Shown here: one piece after another, positions 14,581 through 30,600 of the stretch | Layout of the letters: every line of letters starts with the position of its first letter | Numbering within the stretch: the stretch's first letter is position 1 | NCBI RefSeq assembly: GCF_000150275.1 | Contig: NW_002060958.1 | Span: 1,196,088 to 1,260,087, forward strand | Source: Trichoplax adhaerens | Taxonomy: Eukaryota > Animalia > Placozoa | Length of the DNA: 64,000 nucleotides | Direction: 5' to 3' | Position numbers and translations under genes: made by a program | Notes under the pieces: model-generated | What the model was told of the DNA's origin: nothing | Seen by the model: only the letters and a program-made list of their open reading frames with translations | The model's database searches: none

Positions 14581-15646
14581 CCAGTTAGTCATTTGCAGGA
14601 TCTTGTGACTATTATTGCTAAGAATATTCTTACGTTTTTCTTTAGTACATTTTACGACTAAGGTTAACGAAAATAAAGTAAAGTATTTAAACCTATTACT
14701 CAATAGTAGTTTTTTGTGTAGCTGAGAGTTAGTTCAACTCCACTACGATAGGTCCCTAAGTTAGTTGGGAACACAAGTACTAGTGAAGATAGTGTTTAAG
14801 ACCCGGTTTCTTGTTACAAAGAAGAAGATTTGTAACACGATCTGATTACCAAACGGAAATTAACGAGACTAAAATAATAGTAAGTTTCAATTTTGGTGAC
14901 GCTTTCTTAGTTTCAATCACAAGCAATGCTGTATAACTGACGCAATTACGAAATCACACAACTTTTCATTAACTTATCATTTCCGTTAGCCCGGATAGTA
15001 GGTTCCAGTTTTATGAATAAGCAGTTTATCTGAATGAAATTAGCATAAAATTCATAGCAGAAAGTTAATTTATTAATGATTGGTAAGAAATTTAACAAAT
15101 TGATTGTCATTAACAGGGCAGACATGCCTTTATAACATTACTGATTTAGACCTATAGATTGAGAAGAAATAATAGTGACAACGGATTCAATCATCAATTC
15201 GGTATTAGAGTATGCAATATAGTGTCTTTGATATCAATTTGTTTCCTATAAAGGATAGTTGCAAATGATATCTCGTATTCTGAAGCCTTTTGTGATATAT
15301 CAAGTCTACTTTTGAAAGAATACAATATTTTTTGTTAAAAATATAATTTCATTGACAGGATGTGCTAATAATTGTATATGCTTCATCAATTTATAGGAAT
15401 CCTTGCAATAAGTAGCGTAAGTTATGTCAGTTAGCTCGCAGTTAGAAAAGTATTGACCTGCTAGCACTACAATTGTTCTATTTATTGATAAATAATAAAT
15501 ATTGAGTGATATTTTATACTCTAGAAATTAATGAAATATGTTTATTGCTTGCTATTAGGTATCGCTGAAAGCTTCCTACAGCGTTAAATGTATCAATTGA
15601 AAGCGACAAAGTAAATCAATCGTCCATTAAATTGCAATATTTATCA

Positions 15647-15654
15647 TGACGTCA
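15647..15654. promoter_or_regulatory. Perfect CRE palindrome TGACGTCA
   Basis: Exact match to the CREB/ATF site, ~1.07 kb downstream of the candidate TSS. A single 8-mer can occur by chance. Confidence 0.25.
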
Positions 15655-18600
15655 ATGAAGCTCTGTGGATAAATTTTTATAAACCTATTTAGATATAGCT
15701 GAGGTTTGCTATTAATCAACCATTGTTAATTGTACCGATTTATTTCAAAGGTATACTATTATAAGCATCGTTGATAGAGGATTAGAGAATTTTTATAATT
15801 ACAAATAATAAAGGAGTCAGAAAAGTATTATGTGTTTGTTCCTTGTATCAAGCAGTCGAATAAAGAGAAGGAAAAAGTCTAAAAATTTAATATTTAAAAC
15901 AAATTATAATCGCAATAGGTACTGTCTAAGAATTAGTCTAATTGATTACAATTATAATACTCTAGTATGTTACGTACGAAGGCCTAGTTATTCACAACCC
16001 TAAATCTCCTAGACTTATTCCATTTTATTCATTTTGTTTACATCAATAAGTATTTATATTTTTCTATCTAATAGTTTAAATCATTAATAAGAGGAATATC
16101 AATTGTAATCGAAATCAATGCCTGTAGTGTACAATAGATGTAATAAGTGCCTTCTATAATGCTAGGTCTTGGATCAACAAAATTTGACGCAGGTTTGATT
16201 TACAACTTAGCTTTAAGATTTAACTATATAGCGGAGTAGAGTTACTTCAAGCATAGCCGTAACACTAGCTAGTGCAACAGTGATTTTTTTGGACAATGTA
16301 GCATATATGTGTAGTGCTTGTTAATTTATATTATTATCTTTCAATTTTTTTGTTCAATAATTCTTAATGGCTAATAATGATCCTGTTATAATGTATTGCA
16401 AGATTATTTCGAAATACATTACATGAAGACTTCTTCTACATTAACAGAAAAAATAAATGAGTCAGGAATGAGATACCTTAATTTCTTACCTTTTGTCCAC
16501 TTGCCAACATTTCAGTAGCCTTCTGAACTTCGCAATTTATGGAAATTAATTAAGATGGATTAATACTTAAATCAAGCAGATATTGTTAATAAATGTTTCA
16601 AATTTGCATAGCGGATGATGAATTACGATATTGTTATCATATATCCGGATCCATTTTAAAAATAATTAGCTAATTTAATGCCTTTAACTTCGCAATGATA
16701 ATAATAAGTTACATTATATGTCCCGGCGATCTAAATCTGTTATTCAATTAGGCTCAGCTGACGCTGCATTTAACCTATAAATTCATTTGATGGTCATTAG
16801 ATCTAATTTTATTTAACAAAACTATCTATACTGAAATTAAATTTATGACCCTATATATGACGATGGTAAACAAAATCTTCAGTTGCATTCTGCCATAGAG
16901 AGTTTAATTATTCATTTATCATATCAGAATAAAGGCTGTGACTTCAATTGAGATAATGTCAACTTCAGTGTATTGAAGATATGTCTAAAAATGAGCTGAA
17001 GGCTAGACGGATATTTAAGCTAGGCTTTACTAACTTAATGGCAATAGCCAAATGAAATATTGACGTTGTAAATATGGAAAATGTATAGTCAATTGCTTTA
17101 TATTATTTTAAAGATAATGCCTATCGATGATGAATGTTTTCGTTAAAGTCAATTGTTGTTAGTTAATTATTGATATAAGAAGACTAAAATTCGATAGTCT
17201 AGTATAAACCTTCTGTGTCTTTTAGTACGTAAATGAGTATAAATGGCTGGTTTCTAACGTCATCGCCGGTATAAAATAGAAAATATGGAGGATAAACACG
17301 CAATAAAATTTATTTTTGACGATTGCATCATTTTAAAGTGGATAATTTCTGATCGTGTTACAAAACAAATTTTCATGCGCAAGTGAATATCAAAACAAGC
17401 TATAAAGCATTTGATAGAAAGCCTTCCTGTTATTGACTGATTAAAGAATAGCTTATCAACTTTTACCACTGATCATTCTGAATATGAATAATGATGTACA
17501 GGAGGCATATCTCGATCGAAAGTACTAGTTTAGCTTATATTGGTCATAAACTTAACTTAAATTGATTTAGGAGTCAGGTAATTACGAATTTGTCAACTCT
17601 TTTACAAATGCAGCTAATAAATTGGGAATAATTTAGGGATCAAATCACAGAATAGTAATGTTTCTTTCGATCAAATCTGCCTTTTCCATAGCATATCAAA
17701 CAGTACCGAGTAGTTTGCTTTAATGTAACCAATTAGTTACACTTATTATGGGCTGCTAGCGTTACATATTATAGTACAAGGCCTAGATCTTTAATTGCTA
17801 TTTTAACTCTACGATTATTGAAAAGGGCAGGGTTCACAATTACTTAAAACATTATTTGCGCGGCCCTATTTTCTATTCTCTAGCCATAACAGTGATGTAG
17901 CAAATGTGATTTATAACTGAGCCTTTTGTATTGAGTAAGTAAACATGATGTTTCCATTTCATTGAACATAATCTTAATCATCGCGTACGGTAGAAAGGTA
18001 TCGTTCAAAAAAATTCATTTCTTTTATTATCGATAAACTGCTATTTTTCACTATCATATAATTAGTTTTGATTTGATCTTGAATGTAGATATTATCGGAA
18101 ATATGAATAGGTAGCCAATTGTTCAGACAAATAATAAAGAAAGTACGGTATCTTCCCACGCGAAGGGTCTGCAAATAGAATTGATGTAATTAAATAAATT
18201 TATTAGCGCTATTTGCTGATGTCTTATTACGGTTAGATATCAAAAAGTAAGCTAAAGTATTGACATGGACGAACTTGATATTTAAAAGCTATAATCAGAT
18301 ACTAAATATTAATGATTGGAACCTGATGAAGACTTAAAGGATTTAGCAGATTAGATTTTGTAAATACTTGGGTAGGCGTTATATCTTATTCTTAAAAGTG
18401 GAAATTATTTTACTTTGGAAAATGCTCAAATTTTTTAAATATGTTACAGTATGAAAATGCGTTAATGACTTAGCCTAATTTGCGCCTAAATGCAGAACAA
18501 AGTTGCAAACAATAAAACACTAACTATAAATAATTTGAAAAAGAACAATAATATCAAATCATAATTTCCTAATGGAAATACTTTCTACATTACCGGTATT

Positions 18601-21600
18601 GAATAACTAATTCGATTTTTAGGAAAATTTATTTAAAGTATTTACTTATTAGCTATTGGCCAAAGGGTAGATAAAATAACTACAGGTGATAATTTCTAAA
18701 TGCGGCTATTAATTTTACTCTTCCATTTATTATTGTAAACCCTTATTACTGCACTCGTCATTAAGATGCAATATATTCTAATGATAGATTATGATACTTA
18801 ATAGCGCTATCGTTACTGTATTGTCTGCTATTGTACAGAAATACTACTTGGCCGCAATAATATACTTTTACAATATAAAGATATGCCTACTAATTATTAT
18901 CTCTTAAGTTGTAATGATTTTGAAAAAATGAAGTTAAAAAATTAAGATTTTGCTTATATTATGTGCTACAACTGTCTGTCACTTTAAAAAAAATCAGAAG
19001 AGCCCTGAAGAAGTGTCTGCTAATTACTCATCTGCTTTGAAAATTAATCAATCAATGTTACGAGGAAATGTTTGTAATTTGTAGAAAACCGCTTATCGTT
19101 AATTGCAGGAATTTCTAAAAAATTAATTTAAAATTCTGTAAGATATTGAACCTGGTTATACGACAATTATCCTGACAAGTAGTGGTAGAAATTATTCTTC
19201 TTACAACATTGTAGATGCCAATCTGTCTATACTGTACATAGTAAAGACATTTAATTTTATTGGATCAAACAAAAAAAGTAATGTCAGGTTGTTCAATAGA
19301 TAAATATAAGCTCCACAATTGTAATCTTTTCCATTCATATGACCACCTTACATTGCTGATAGTTGACACTAAAGCAGAGTCATGTGGAGACTATTTTATT
19401 AGTCTGACCGCGTCACAACCCTCACTTGTGGCAAAGGAAAGTAAAGAACTCTAGTGTAGTTACTTAAAGCCTGGGCTATTTCTCCCAGTACTTTCAGTTT
19501 CTATGAGAGAAGTATTTGAGAACTCGATTTCTCGGCTGATCTCCACAGACAACTGACTAATTATTACACTATTCTTCACGATATGAGTCTTGCCGTTTCT
19601 TGAGCAATTACTAACTTTATTCTACAAACACACGCGCTTAAATAGGTTTCTACAGTGAATTCCAATATTAATGAGTGAGAAATCATACTTTACAAGTTAC
19701 ATTAATTAGTATAATTCCATTACTAAATATACATGTCGATATTCTCAGACTTAGATAACTACAAGCTATCAGATGTTAAGACGCTTAACCTTAGCCCATA
19801 TACAGCTCAATTTTTAGAGATTAACACACCTTACAAACCTACAGTAAATTAACTGCTAACAACTTCTATTTTTATCTCATTTCTACCATCCTATTATCAG
19901 CTACAAGCGCATTAAACATAACACATAACCTTATCTTATCTATTCATAAGCATTCATTAAACAACTGTTACTTAATTAGTAACGGCGCACCATGACCGAC
20001 CGCCATTAATTGTATTAATGGATCAATGAAACAGCCAAATGGATAAAAAGTTGATAACGAATCCCTTTTTTTCGCATATCAGGGAGTTAATATGCTGCAG
20101 TAATATATTATTAAATTTAGATTCATTGCTGTACCTGCAAATATGCTCCTTAAACATATAATTCACGTTATACAGGCAAAAGTTTATACGGCTAGAATAA
20201 ATTGTATTTGAGAATAGGAAAGCCATTGGAAGAGAATATGTTTATTTTGAAAGCATCCAGGTGTTTTTTATTCAAAATCTTCTATTTAGAGAGCAATTAC
20301 GCTTCCTGGAATGCTACCCTATTTTAATTTAACACCCGTATGTTATTAATTCAACGTTCATAGTTTATTTTTACTATATTAGCGGGCTTACTATTTCAAC
20401 TCGTGAAAAAATTAGTTACCCAATAATTAGAAATTAATATTATCAATCAATCTAGTGCAGAGAATTATCACGTTACGTATGACTTTCATTTAAACCATCA
20501 AATGCTAGTTTACTATTTTTTTACCCATATACTATCAATGAAAGTAAATTGAACCACTCAGATTTCTAAACAGTAAGCGTAAAAACCAGTGATAAATAAG
20601 TAACCGGTTTTCAATAAGAACGCTCTTCCTTACCCAGCTTTGAATAGTTGCAATGGAATCTAATCATGAGAATGTTAAATAGAGATTTATTGAGATAGCT
20701 ATATTTTGATGTAAAGACTTTTCCATTCTACAATTCATATATACAACATAGTTCTAATAAAATCATAACGATATATGAATTGCTTTTCATCGTGTAATAT
20801 CCTATAAAATTAGCAATGTAACTTATATTTAGGTAATAAAATGATACAGTTGATAGAGTCCAGAACTAGATTCTAATTACTAGAAAACAAAGCATATTAT
20901 TATTCTTATATGCCGAAAGTATACAGAAATCCCACGCATTTTGCAATAGTGTAAAATAAAAATTTATCCGTAGATATTAAAATAGATTAATTAATTTCAA
21001 CAACTCCGTTAGAAATAGCCTTGCAAACGATTGTAGCACTTAGAATTTAATGCAAACATAATTTAACCGTTACATTTCAATTTTATGCTAGTCATTAACA
21101 TTAAAGCACTAGAGTTTAAAGAATATTCGCTACGGTTTATTACATATGATTGAGGAGAAGGTCATGCTTTCTTTAATAATATATTATATATTATAATTTT
21201 TGCCTATCCAGATAGGTGTAGATAATGATATAATTATAAAATTTGACCGGATACATCGGCCTAAAAGATGTATTGAACGATGTTTAATAAACCGTAATTA
21301 CCATTTAAAGTAATTCTAAATTGTTTAAATGGTATTTTCCGCTTTGACATCGTTCTCTAATTTCAGACATTATATCTAAAATAGCAAAACGCTAGTAATA
21401 GGAATTCATTGTATAGAGAATATTAGTTTATTTCTTATCTCAATAAATGTATTGATTAGAATAATTCTTAATCATCTTTATAATTAGTTTCAATTACATG
21501 CTGTACCATTTTTGACGTCTCAGATAGAGTAGATAAACTGGACTTAGATAAATTATCGTTACTGTTAGCTCTCACGGGACATCATTTAATGACCTTTAGT

Positions 21601-24600
21601 AACTGTGAAAGAATTTGCAAAGATCAGTTTTCGATTTATAACCTTTTGTTTTTATTCAACAATATTACTTTCTGATAGTTTTCTATTCTAAAATTTGGAA
21701 ATTAGACGATGTTATAATGAATGGAGTAAGAAAGAACACTCATAAATGGAATCGGCAGTGAATCTAAATTTAACATACGTCTATCTTGATAGATAGTAAG
21801 CGTGATATAAATTTTCGGATTAAAACACCTAACAGCTAAAGCCTATTATCTCAACATACGAATCTATCTACTGAATATTTCAAGGAGAGACTACTGATTA
21901 TTTATATCTACAAGACAATTTCGCTATCGTTCATTAGAGGTCACTCAATTAAATATTTATATAAAAAATGGTTATAAATGGGCAGCGTGTAGTAATACCG
22001 TACTACAGCTTAAATAAGCAAAACCGGTGAAGAAACTGTAAGGATAAAATTTCCTAACTTACCGAGAGTTAATGGTGGAAACTATATAATATCACTACAT
22101 TTATTAGGTTTAATTTATGATTTTAGGACAATTAATTAATTTATATTGTCACTTTCATAAAATTCTATTATTATTTCTCAATTTAGGATTATTTCTTAAC
22201 CATTTAAATACTGCACTAGATATGATAGATATCTTATTAATTATAATTATCTTGATATTGTTTTCAAGAGATATTACGATAATTTTAATCTCTTTATCGT
22301 ACAGATGCCTCCTCCACATTTCCTAATACATTGTTATCTGTAATTTACAAAATACCAGTAGAATTAATTGAGAATTTGATCATTCTTACTATTTCTAATA
22401 ACCCCGGGATATAAAAAGGCTCTAATATAAATCACTTATATCCAAATCACCATATGAATGTATATTCTATAGATCACAGAGATGACCTCTTTGTTATAGG
22501 TATTCATCTAATTATATTAAGATATTATCCATATAATTGCGTTGAATAGTGATAATAATACTCAAATTTTTTTGTCAGCAGTCTAAATAATTACAAGTGA
22601 AAAAGCAAGATGACTCCGAGTAACACTTAATTTTTCTATTGAAAGTATAAGTTATCGTGATAAAGAATGGATAAAATCTGGAATATAATTAATAAAAGCG
22701 TGTCTGGAAATAACAAAGACGTGCGTTAGTACTGTTTTTACCTACGATTTTATTATTGCAAGCTTTTAATAATTTCATTAGCTATGTATAGATCAATTTC
22801 AGTCACTCAAAAAAATCTGAGTTACTCATAGCTATATAATGTAGAGCTAAATGTGGCAGTTCAGCCAGCGAATTATTGGCATACAACTAGTCAAGATTGT
22901 CTATATTTCGCTAAAACATTAAAGCCACTACCTGCGCTAATACAGATGTCATTTATCGTATTCCCATCGTACTACATCGGCTAATACATTATTAGTATAC
23001 AAGTAGTCAAGATGGTATTTGTATCGATAAGACGTCAAAGTCAGTACCTACATTGGTATAATGTCGTCCATCGTATTTCCCTGGTATTTTAACTATTTGT
23101 GTGCCGCCATAACAAGATATTTGAATATTTTGTCCTTATTGGACCATATCTTAAATTCTGATGATGTATCGCTAAGCAAAACAGTAATGAATACCGGTAA
23201 TGTGAGAAACAGTATTACCTCATAACATTACTACTCATTTTGTTATTTCCTGCAAATTGTGAATTAGGCGGACGTTATTTTAAATTTTAAGTGAACCTTG
23301 ACAGTAACACATTAAATTTTTGATTTTAACTAAGAAAAAATTACACTAATCTTTCAATGCCATTGCTAGTGATTTCTCAATAATTCATACAGTATAAGTG
23401 GCATGCTCAAACAGATCAAGATCATGAGATTTTTATCTTTATTATTACTGAGTTTCTAATTCTCAAATAGACTGATGTTAGCTAGCTGCTATACTTGTAT
23501 ATAATTATACACCACATCATTTACTATGAATTATTCAAGATCAACACCCATGCAGAATATTTGAAATGGCCACGTACAATACTCCGTCATAATAATATAG
23601 GAATAGCTGGAATAGCTAAAATTATTACGAATTGGTACAAAAACTGTAGGCAAACACTTTTTTATTATTTTGATTTTATAGTATAGCATTACACTACTTT
23701 ACGAAGATCAATAGTAATCAACAGCTAGAGCAAGAAATTATTTGGATATACAAGGTATCTGAACGGCATATGCCAAAGACGACAGAGCCAATAGTCAAAT
23801 AACCACCAAATGCAAAGATAAATGATGGCTACGGTTAACTATATCTGCTCATCGGTTTCTATCATCCCTTTTGGACTAATTATGATGTAAATAAAGATAA
23901 AAACTTGAAACATTTAATCTAATGTGATAATATCATATTTTATGTAAATGGGACGCAGACTATATGCAAAATATGTTGATTTCATGATTTTGAAATGTTT
24001 CCAAATGATCTTCCCGTACGTAAAAACAGTTATCATGAAATCAAATTAGAGCGCTCTAATTTCGTCAGTAAAAGAGTGAATAGTTTATGCAAAAAGATAG
24101 ATACTTGATTATAATGCCTCACAATAAATGAAATTGAAATTTTTTATTTTTCTTTAACTAACAATCATGTTTTCTCATCTAATCGACATCTATAAGTTTA
24201 ACGGTTGCCTTCCAGTTCGTCAATTTCTTACAGCTGGCTTTCGTTTAAACTGGCTTGTATCATGTAATTTCCAAACTCTTCGCATAAAAATTTTGTAGCT
24301 GTAGCCATGACAGTTGAAGAATGATTTGCATTATTAAAGTTTTTATTTATCTCAAAGTTGTAGTTTATACGATGTGATGCTGACTACTGTAATGACTTAA
24401 TATACTGTACTTAACGAATTCTTTAATAAATTTGGACGTAATTATCGTAATCACTTGCAAGATTGACAAATTACATGCAGAAGGATAAGAAATGAGATCT
24501 TTCAAATATCAATTTTGAGTATTTGTAATCTCCAGTATTGATCTCAATTTCTTTGAGATAGAGTTATTAGCGCATATAAAATCGATCAAAGATTCAATGC

Positions 24601-27600
24601 TTAATTTCGAAAACCTAGAATTAAAATCTTTAATTTACATCACTTAGTCACTGTGCTGTAGTTATACGTATAAATTACTGTATAAAATGATGCTGAAAAT
24701 GATAGTAATTAGCTATTTTCTTTTATGGAGAAAACATTGAAAAATCAAATGGTTAACTGGTGTAGAAATAAGCCAGTGATGATTTTAAATCAAACTTGTA
24801 TAGCTAGTACGCACATTTATTTGGTAAAATGTCTTTCATTCAAATAGGTGTCGCAAAATATATAATCGACTATTTTAGAATTCTATGTTATTCCATAAAT
24901 AAACTCCAAGCTAATCTTTAATGAAATTAAAGGCAAAGATTGAAACAATTTTGACGCACTTGTACCTCTGTTTCATTCCCATAAAATCTACAATCTTACT
25001 TCTCTAATGATTTCAATCGCATACTTAGCTGTTACGGATGATCCGATATTGATATTTGTTTAATTTTGACAGAACGTATTCGAGGTTAAAAGTAATAGAG
25101 TTAGTTTTATTTGGAAAAAGCATTAAAGTCTCGTCCGTACTAGATACCGTAGCATGAATTCTAGTTACTTCTCTTCATTTTGCACTACCCTCGCAAACAT
25201 TTAGAAACACAAATTTTTATCTGCTATTGATATATTTGAATTTCTTTTTCACTGCAAGATTTTTCTGACAGTCGATCAATATTACTACTATAGGATACTT
25301 TAATTTTATTTAAATTTTAATGGTAATTCTTGATTTGTGTTTACTTAGCTAGGCATTCTACGATGATAATAATAGCACAAGCATTAGTTCAGAATATGCA
25401 GTTTTCGAGCTTGTAAGTTTTTAGATCATGATAAAAAATTGTAATGGTTATTCTAATTTTCATATGATAATCACTAGTAAATTAAGACTAAATCTCTTTT
25501 CGTCTATGATAGGTAACCTTAGACTAATAGGACTATCATTGCCGTATAGCAATTATAATATCTAAACTTATAAATAATAAGCCTATAAAATAGCTAATAA
25601 AATTATCTTTCGATGATACAATCAACGGTAAGCTTTACAAGGTAGTCTGCATACATAAAACGTCGGATTTGTTTAATTAGCACATTTTCGTACGTGATCA
25701 GTTTTGGACATTACGACTTGTATGAAATGATGGCAACAGCTGTGTATAATAATAACATTTACATGGAGAGATTAATGCTGTAGTATGATCAGAAAATGCA
25801 TAGAGATTGCTAACGTTACATAATAATATAAGCTTTTAACGTTGTAGATTTAATTAAAATACATCGAAGAAAAGGTTTGGAGTTTTAGAGAAAATCAAAG
25901 AGAATAAAAAGCTGAAGCATCGCCTACACATTTCTCGTCGCTACCCTAAATCTTTTATCCAAATCAGTCATTGATTTACGACATTTTCCTACAGAAAATG
26001 TCGTATATTCAACTATTGAAGTCAGCTATTTTAAACACATCTTTGTATAGTATCAAGTATTTGGCTACGATAGATGTCCACTCATGCATTTCTTTTTATG
26101 AAATTCAATAATGTTTCTGTTTTAAATGCTACCATTCACGATCAACTAGTTGTTTGATACAACATTGATTGAATGGTAAAGATTATAAATCGAAGCGACA
26201 GTGTTACTATAGATAGATTAAAATCTAGCTTAATTGAAGCTAGATGAGGCATAGATCTGACAGAAAACTTATTGTACTTTGTATTATTATTAAATAACTC
26301 TTATCTAATAATGAGAGTTTTGGGCTATTATTTACCAATCAAGGTAATAAATGAAATTGAATGATCTGTTGTAAGGAAAAATATTCAATTAGAATCGATC
26401 TAATTTTAAAATATAATCAACAATTCTTGATAGCGTTCACTTTGCGACATTTTCAACTTGCTTCGCACTTTAAATTTAAGAATTTTGCTTTCTGTTTATT
26501 TAAAACTTTTTATAAGCTAAAAATTAAAGCTATCATGTGAATCTATAATCTACAAAAGTAACTGTTTCGTATTCTAAGGCATTATCAAGACAAGAATTCC
26601 ATATCATGTAATTTAAGTTGATTAAATGTCTCCGTCGGAGAATTTTCTGTGCGATTTCATTTCCTGCGGAACCTTTTCTTACAAGCTTAGTATATATGTT
26701 ATATACTAGCCGTAAAATGGCTTAATAGAGGAATAAAGAAAAGCATTACTATAAATAAGAAGTTTATATTTTAATTAATACTAATTATATTATTATAAAT
26801 TGGTGGTATAATTTCTATATTACCTTAACCATAGGATTGATTGTTTACTTTGCGTTTATAAACTTTCAGTTTTAGTATTATGCCCTAGTATAAATGTACT
26901 ATCGATCAATCGTTTACTCTACTTAGTGAACCATATTATGCATATTGATCACTATAATAGGAACTAATGCTGCGTAAAGAAATCGGCTTATATCATTTAT
27001 TTTGATATTGCAAGCGAACATAAAATAACGATGTCTTTGGCAAGAAAAATGAATTTCACTTATTTATGCAAGCTTTTTGTTCATAGTTACTAATTTCATA
27101 CGCCAGCATACGTTTGCTCTCGTGATTGAATTTATAAGCATAACATTCTATAGGACATGACTAGTGATTAGCTGACTCATACGCAATTTATTGTAAGTAA
27201 ATAAGCCGGGCCAATAAACTATATTAATAGCATTACCTAAATAATCATCTACAGTACATATCGATAGACTGACATCAAAGAATAAAGTAAAAAATTTTTT
27301 GAATAGCTATTGATTTGGAAATATTATAGTAACGAAAAACAAAGATTGTAATGGTAGCAATAAATTAATCTACAAATGTAGATCACTTTCATATTAGTAA
27401 AAGTAAATACGAATGATACCGATTATGTAAAATTATAGAATCAATAGACCGAGATATATATTGAAAATAAATCATGTCCAAAATGATTTAAGTGTGTAAT
27501 AGAATAGGGATAAAGATAGGAAGTGAATGACATCAATTGTCTGCAGGCTCGTCATGTTGGATTCAAAGCAACGAATAACGTTATCGACATAGTGACTTGA

Positions 27601-30600
27601 CAACTTGACAGTATTTCTAATAAAAAAGAAGATTCGACTTCAAACTTGAGATGATAATAGATTTTATTATTTTCAGCTTGTAGACTGTCGTCTATGAAAA
27701 ATATTAATTTGGTATCAGTATACGTGTGGATATTGTATGGGCCGATTTTTTTGATCTTTCCTTCCTGGCTTCAATTCAATGTTATTTATAGTATAAACGT
27801 TGACATTATAATTCAGGACCGGTAAATAGTTTCAACAATTTCATCGCATATTATGTAATATTATTTCAATTGACGTCTTTGTTAGCGGTGTGTATTGTTC
27901 ATAAAATAAGGGAGAAAATGTATAAATACTCATCATTTTACATCGATTTCAATTTATTTTGGCAATCGGTTCATAGCCAATCCATCCAAATTTAAAATTT
28001 GCTAAGAATTTTTGGGTCAAGAAATATTAAAAGAAAAATTACCTGTAAGTACACTTAAAATGATATTGTATTGTCAAAAAGTCGCATAAAATTTCAAGAC
28101 TGTGATTGAATCCAATCGCTGCTAGCTAAAAACATCAAAATATTACTGCAATGTTACGTATGATATAAAATTGATCGGATTCATCGATAGGATAAGAACT
28201 TTATATTTTATAAATGGTTTAATGATTAAGTCTGAAGCACCTTCACCTCAGAATGCTATTAAAAGGCAAAATTTTGTACTATATCTTACTAGAATTGATA
28301 AAGTAAGCTAATTAGTGGTTCAATATAGGCTAATCATTTTAAATTTTCAGTTTATTAAAATCGTAAGTCATGATAGCTTGCGAATTATGAATAATTAGCA
28401 CCACAGAAAAATTGTTTAACCGAGAAAGCTACATTAAATTTTAATATTATTTGATGCTGATCGCATCAAATTGATAATATTTTCCATCAATATAAACTGC
28501 TTTGCCGCACACTTTCATAAAGTTATGAAGCTTACTGTATTGCAATTGTGCTAAAATAGTCTTATTCGAAGACAAGTATTGCTTTGCTAGTAATAGGGGT
28601 TATGCTATGAATTACTAGATTTGTTAACATGATGTTTAAGCTACCATTGGAGTAATGCTCAAAAAGTGCATATATGAATTAGAAAATTATAATGCTCGAT
28701 AGAAAAACTGTATTATTATTTGTGATTAGCAGAGGTAATATTAAACATCACAGCATCAGTGCAATTTTGAATCTGGCCATCATTATTCCATGAGTTTCTA
28801 CTTTCATTTTGAGGCGAAAATAGTCACAGAAGTGTAGAAGAAAGATAGTCTATAATTTATAATCCAACATGATTCTTACCGGCGTTTAATAACATATTGA
28901 GATACCGGAAGAAACGCCAAATATTGCTAATTAAAATCGATTTTTTAATTTAAACTTATAAAAAAGAAACCGCAATTACAAAATATATAATCTAATCTCA
29001 AACATTTTATCCTACATCTCGTGAATAATATCTATTCAAGTATAAATTAGATAGAGAAGGCTTGAAATATTAATGAACATTCCCAGTATGGATTAGATAA
29101 TAATTGTAACGGATATGTTAATATTTGGCTTTTCTATTTGATATGCCAACAATTGATTCATGATTAGTCCAATGATAATTTCTGTGGCATTCGATAGTAA
29201 ATTATTATGAAATTTTAGTGAAGGGTACGAGGGCGGATAATTATAATGGAATATGAGAAAAATGGTTTTATTTTACAATATAATTGATTAGTGATGCTAA
29301 ATAACAACAGTATATGAAATCAGCCAATGATTAGTGATGATTTATAATTGTATTAGATACAATAGTGTTGCAAATTACTTAACTTCTAATCATGAATAGA
29401 ATTAAATTATGGCTAGATTTTTAATATTGAAATCTGATTATAATTCAGGTTATCTAGTATATTTTCTATAATAAAATATTACTCAATTTTGGACTGTCCA
29501 TTTTTTTCTAGCTACAATCAATTAATTATTGCATCATTTAGGCTTAAAAATTGATTTCTTAAGCAGATTCAGCAGTATTGTTGTTATTTAGAATCTTGTT
29601 ATCAGAATATTCGATATTACTTAGTTTCTAATGAACAGCTTATTCATTTTTACCTATTGAATTAGACGTGACTATAGGCTGATTATTCATTGGCATTTTA
29701 ATGTGCTTAGGGAATTGATATGTCATGCTATTTTTACCAACCTTGAGAACAATAAGTTATTCTACTGTATTCGCCAGCGAATATATGCTGTATTATTAAT
29801 AAGCATTTTAGCTATCACTGTATACTATATAAAGATATATAAGCCGAAGCCATCAGCATCAGTGGGGGGGGGGAATTTGTACACAAGAGAATCTTTTATT
29901 CAAACCTATAAAAAAAATTTATTTTCCTATCATACTTTTACAGAAAAATTCAACTTTAGATGTTAAAAGGAATTTTAGACTTAAATTTAGGTATGGAATT
30001 TCATTTTAATAATTTAAATAATTAGCTACCATATTTTAGCTTAGATCATAAAGTTAGACTTGTAACAGGTTAGTCCAAAATTTCGACTTTCTCTTTTTGA
30101 ATATTATTTTTGCTTACATTAAATATACACTTTTATATAATAGGGAACAAAGTACCCTTTGCTTTGTTTTTCTATTTTCTTCTATATGCCTTGTTTTAAC
30201 AAGCGTGTATTAACGCGCTTAAGATGCAGCTGATTTGTTACTTTATAGAACTCTTTGAAGCAATTATTCCCAGCGTAGTTTAGTATTTTGTTATTTTCGT
30301 GGGCTTATATCACTAGAAATAAGATTACTCACTTTATTTCCTAAATATACAAATTCGTATGAATGTAATTAAAATAGACTTATAGACTGATTAAATCAAG
30401 GAATTGTTATCAGAAATGTAAACATATTCTAGAATTAGCGTTATTTTTCGATCATATTCAAGCCTTCCTATAATATGGAAAGTCAATAAAAATCTATCAA
30501 ATTACTTCCGTTCTTTTTAACGAAGAATAGCAGGTTATGGTTTCCGGCTATTTATCTTCGTTTAGCTTGCCATAATTCACTACAATGAATAGAAGCTTTT

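Noticed and set aside
3765-29966. Scattered 60-89 aa ORFs in the left half
   Set aside because: Mostly non-ATG starts, I/L/F/Y/N/K-biased composition typical of AT-rich non-coding DNA, and no domains or consistent splice frames.
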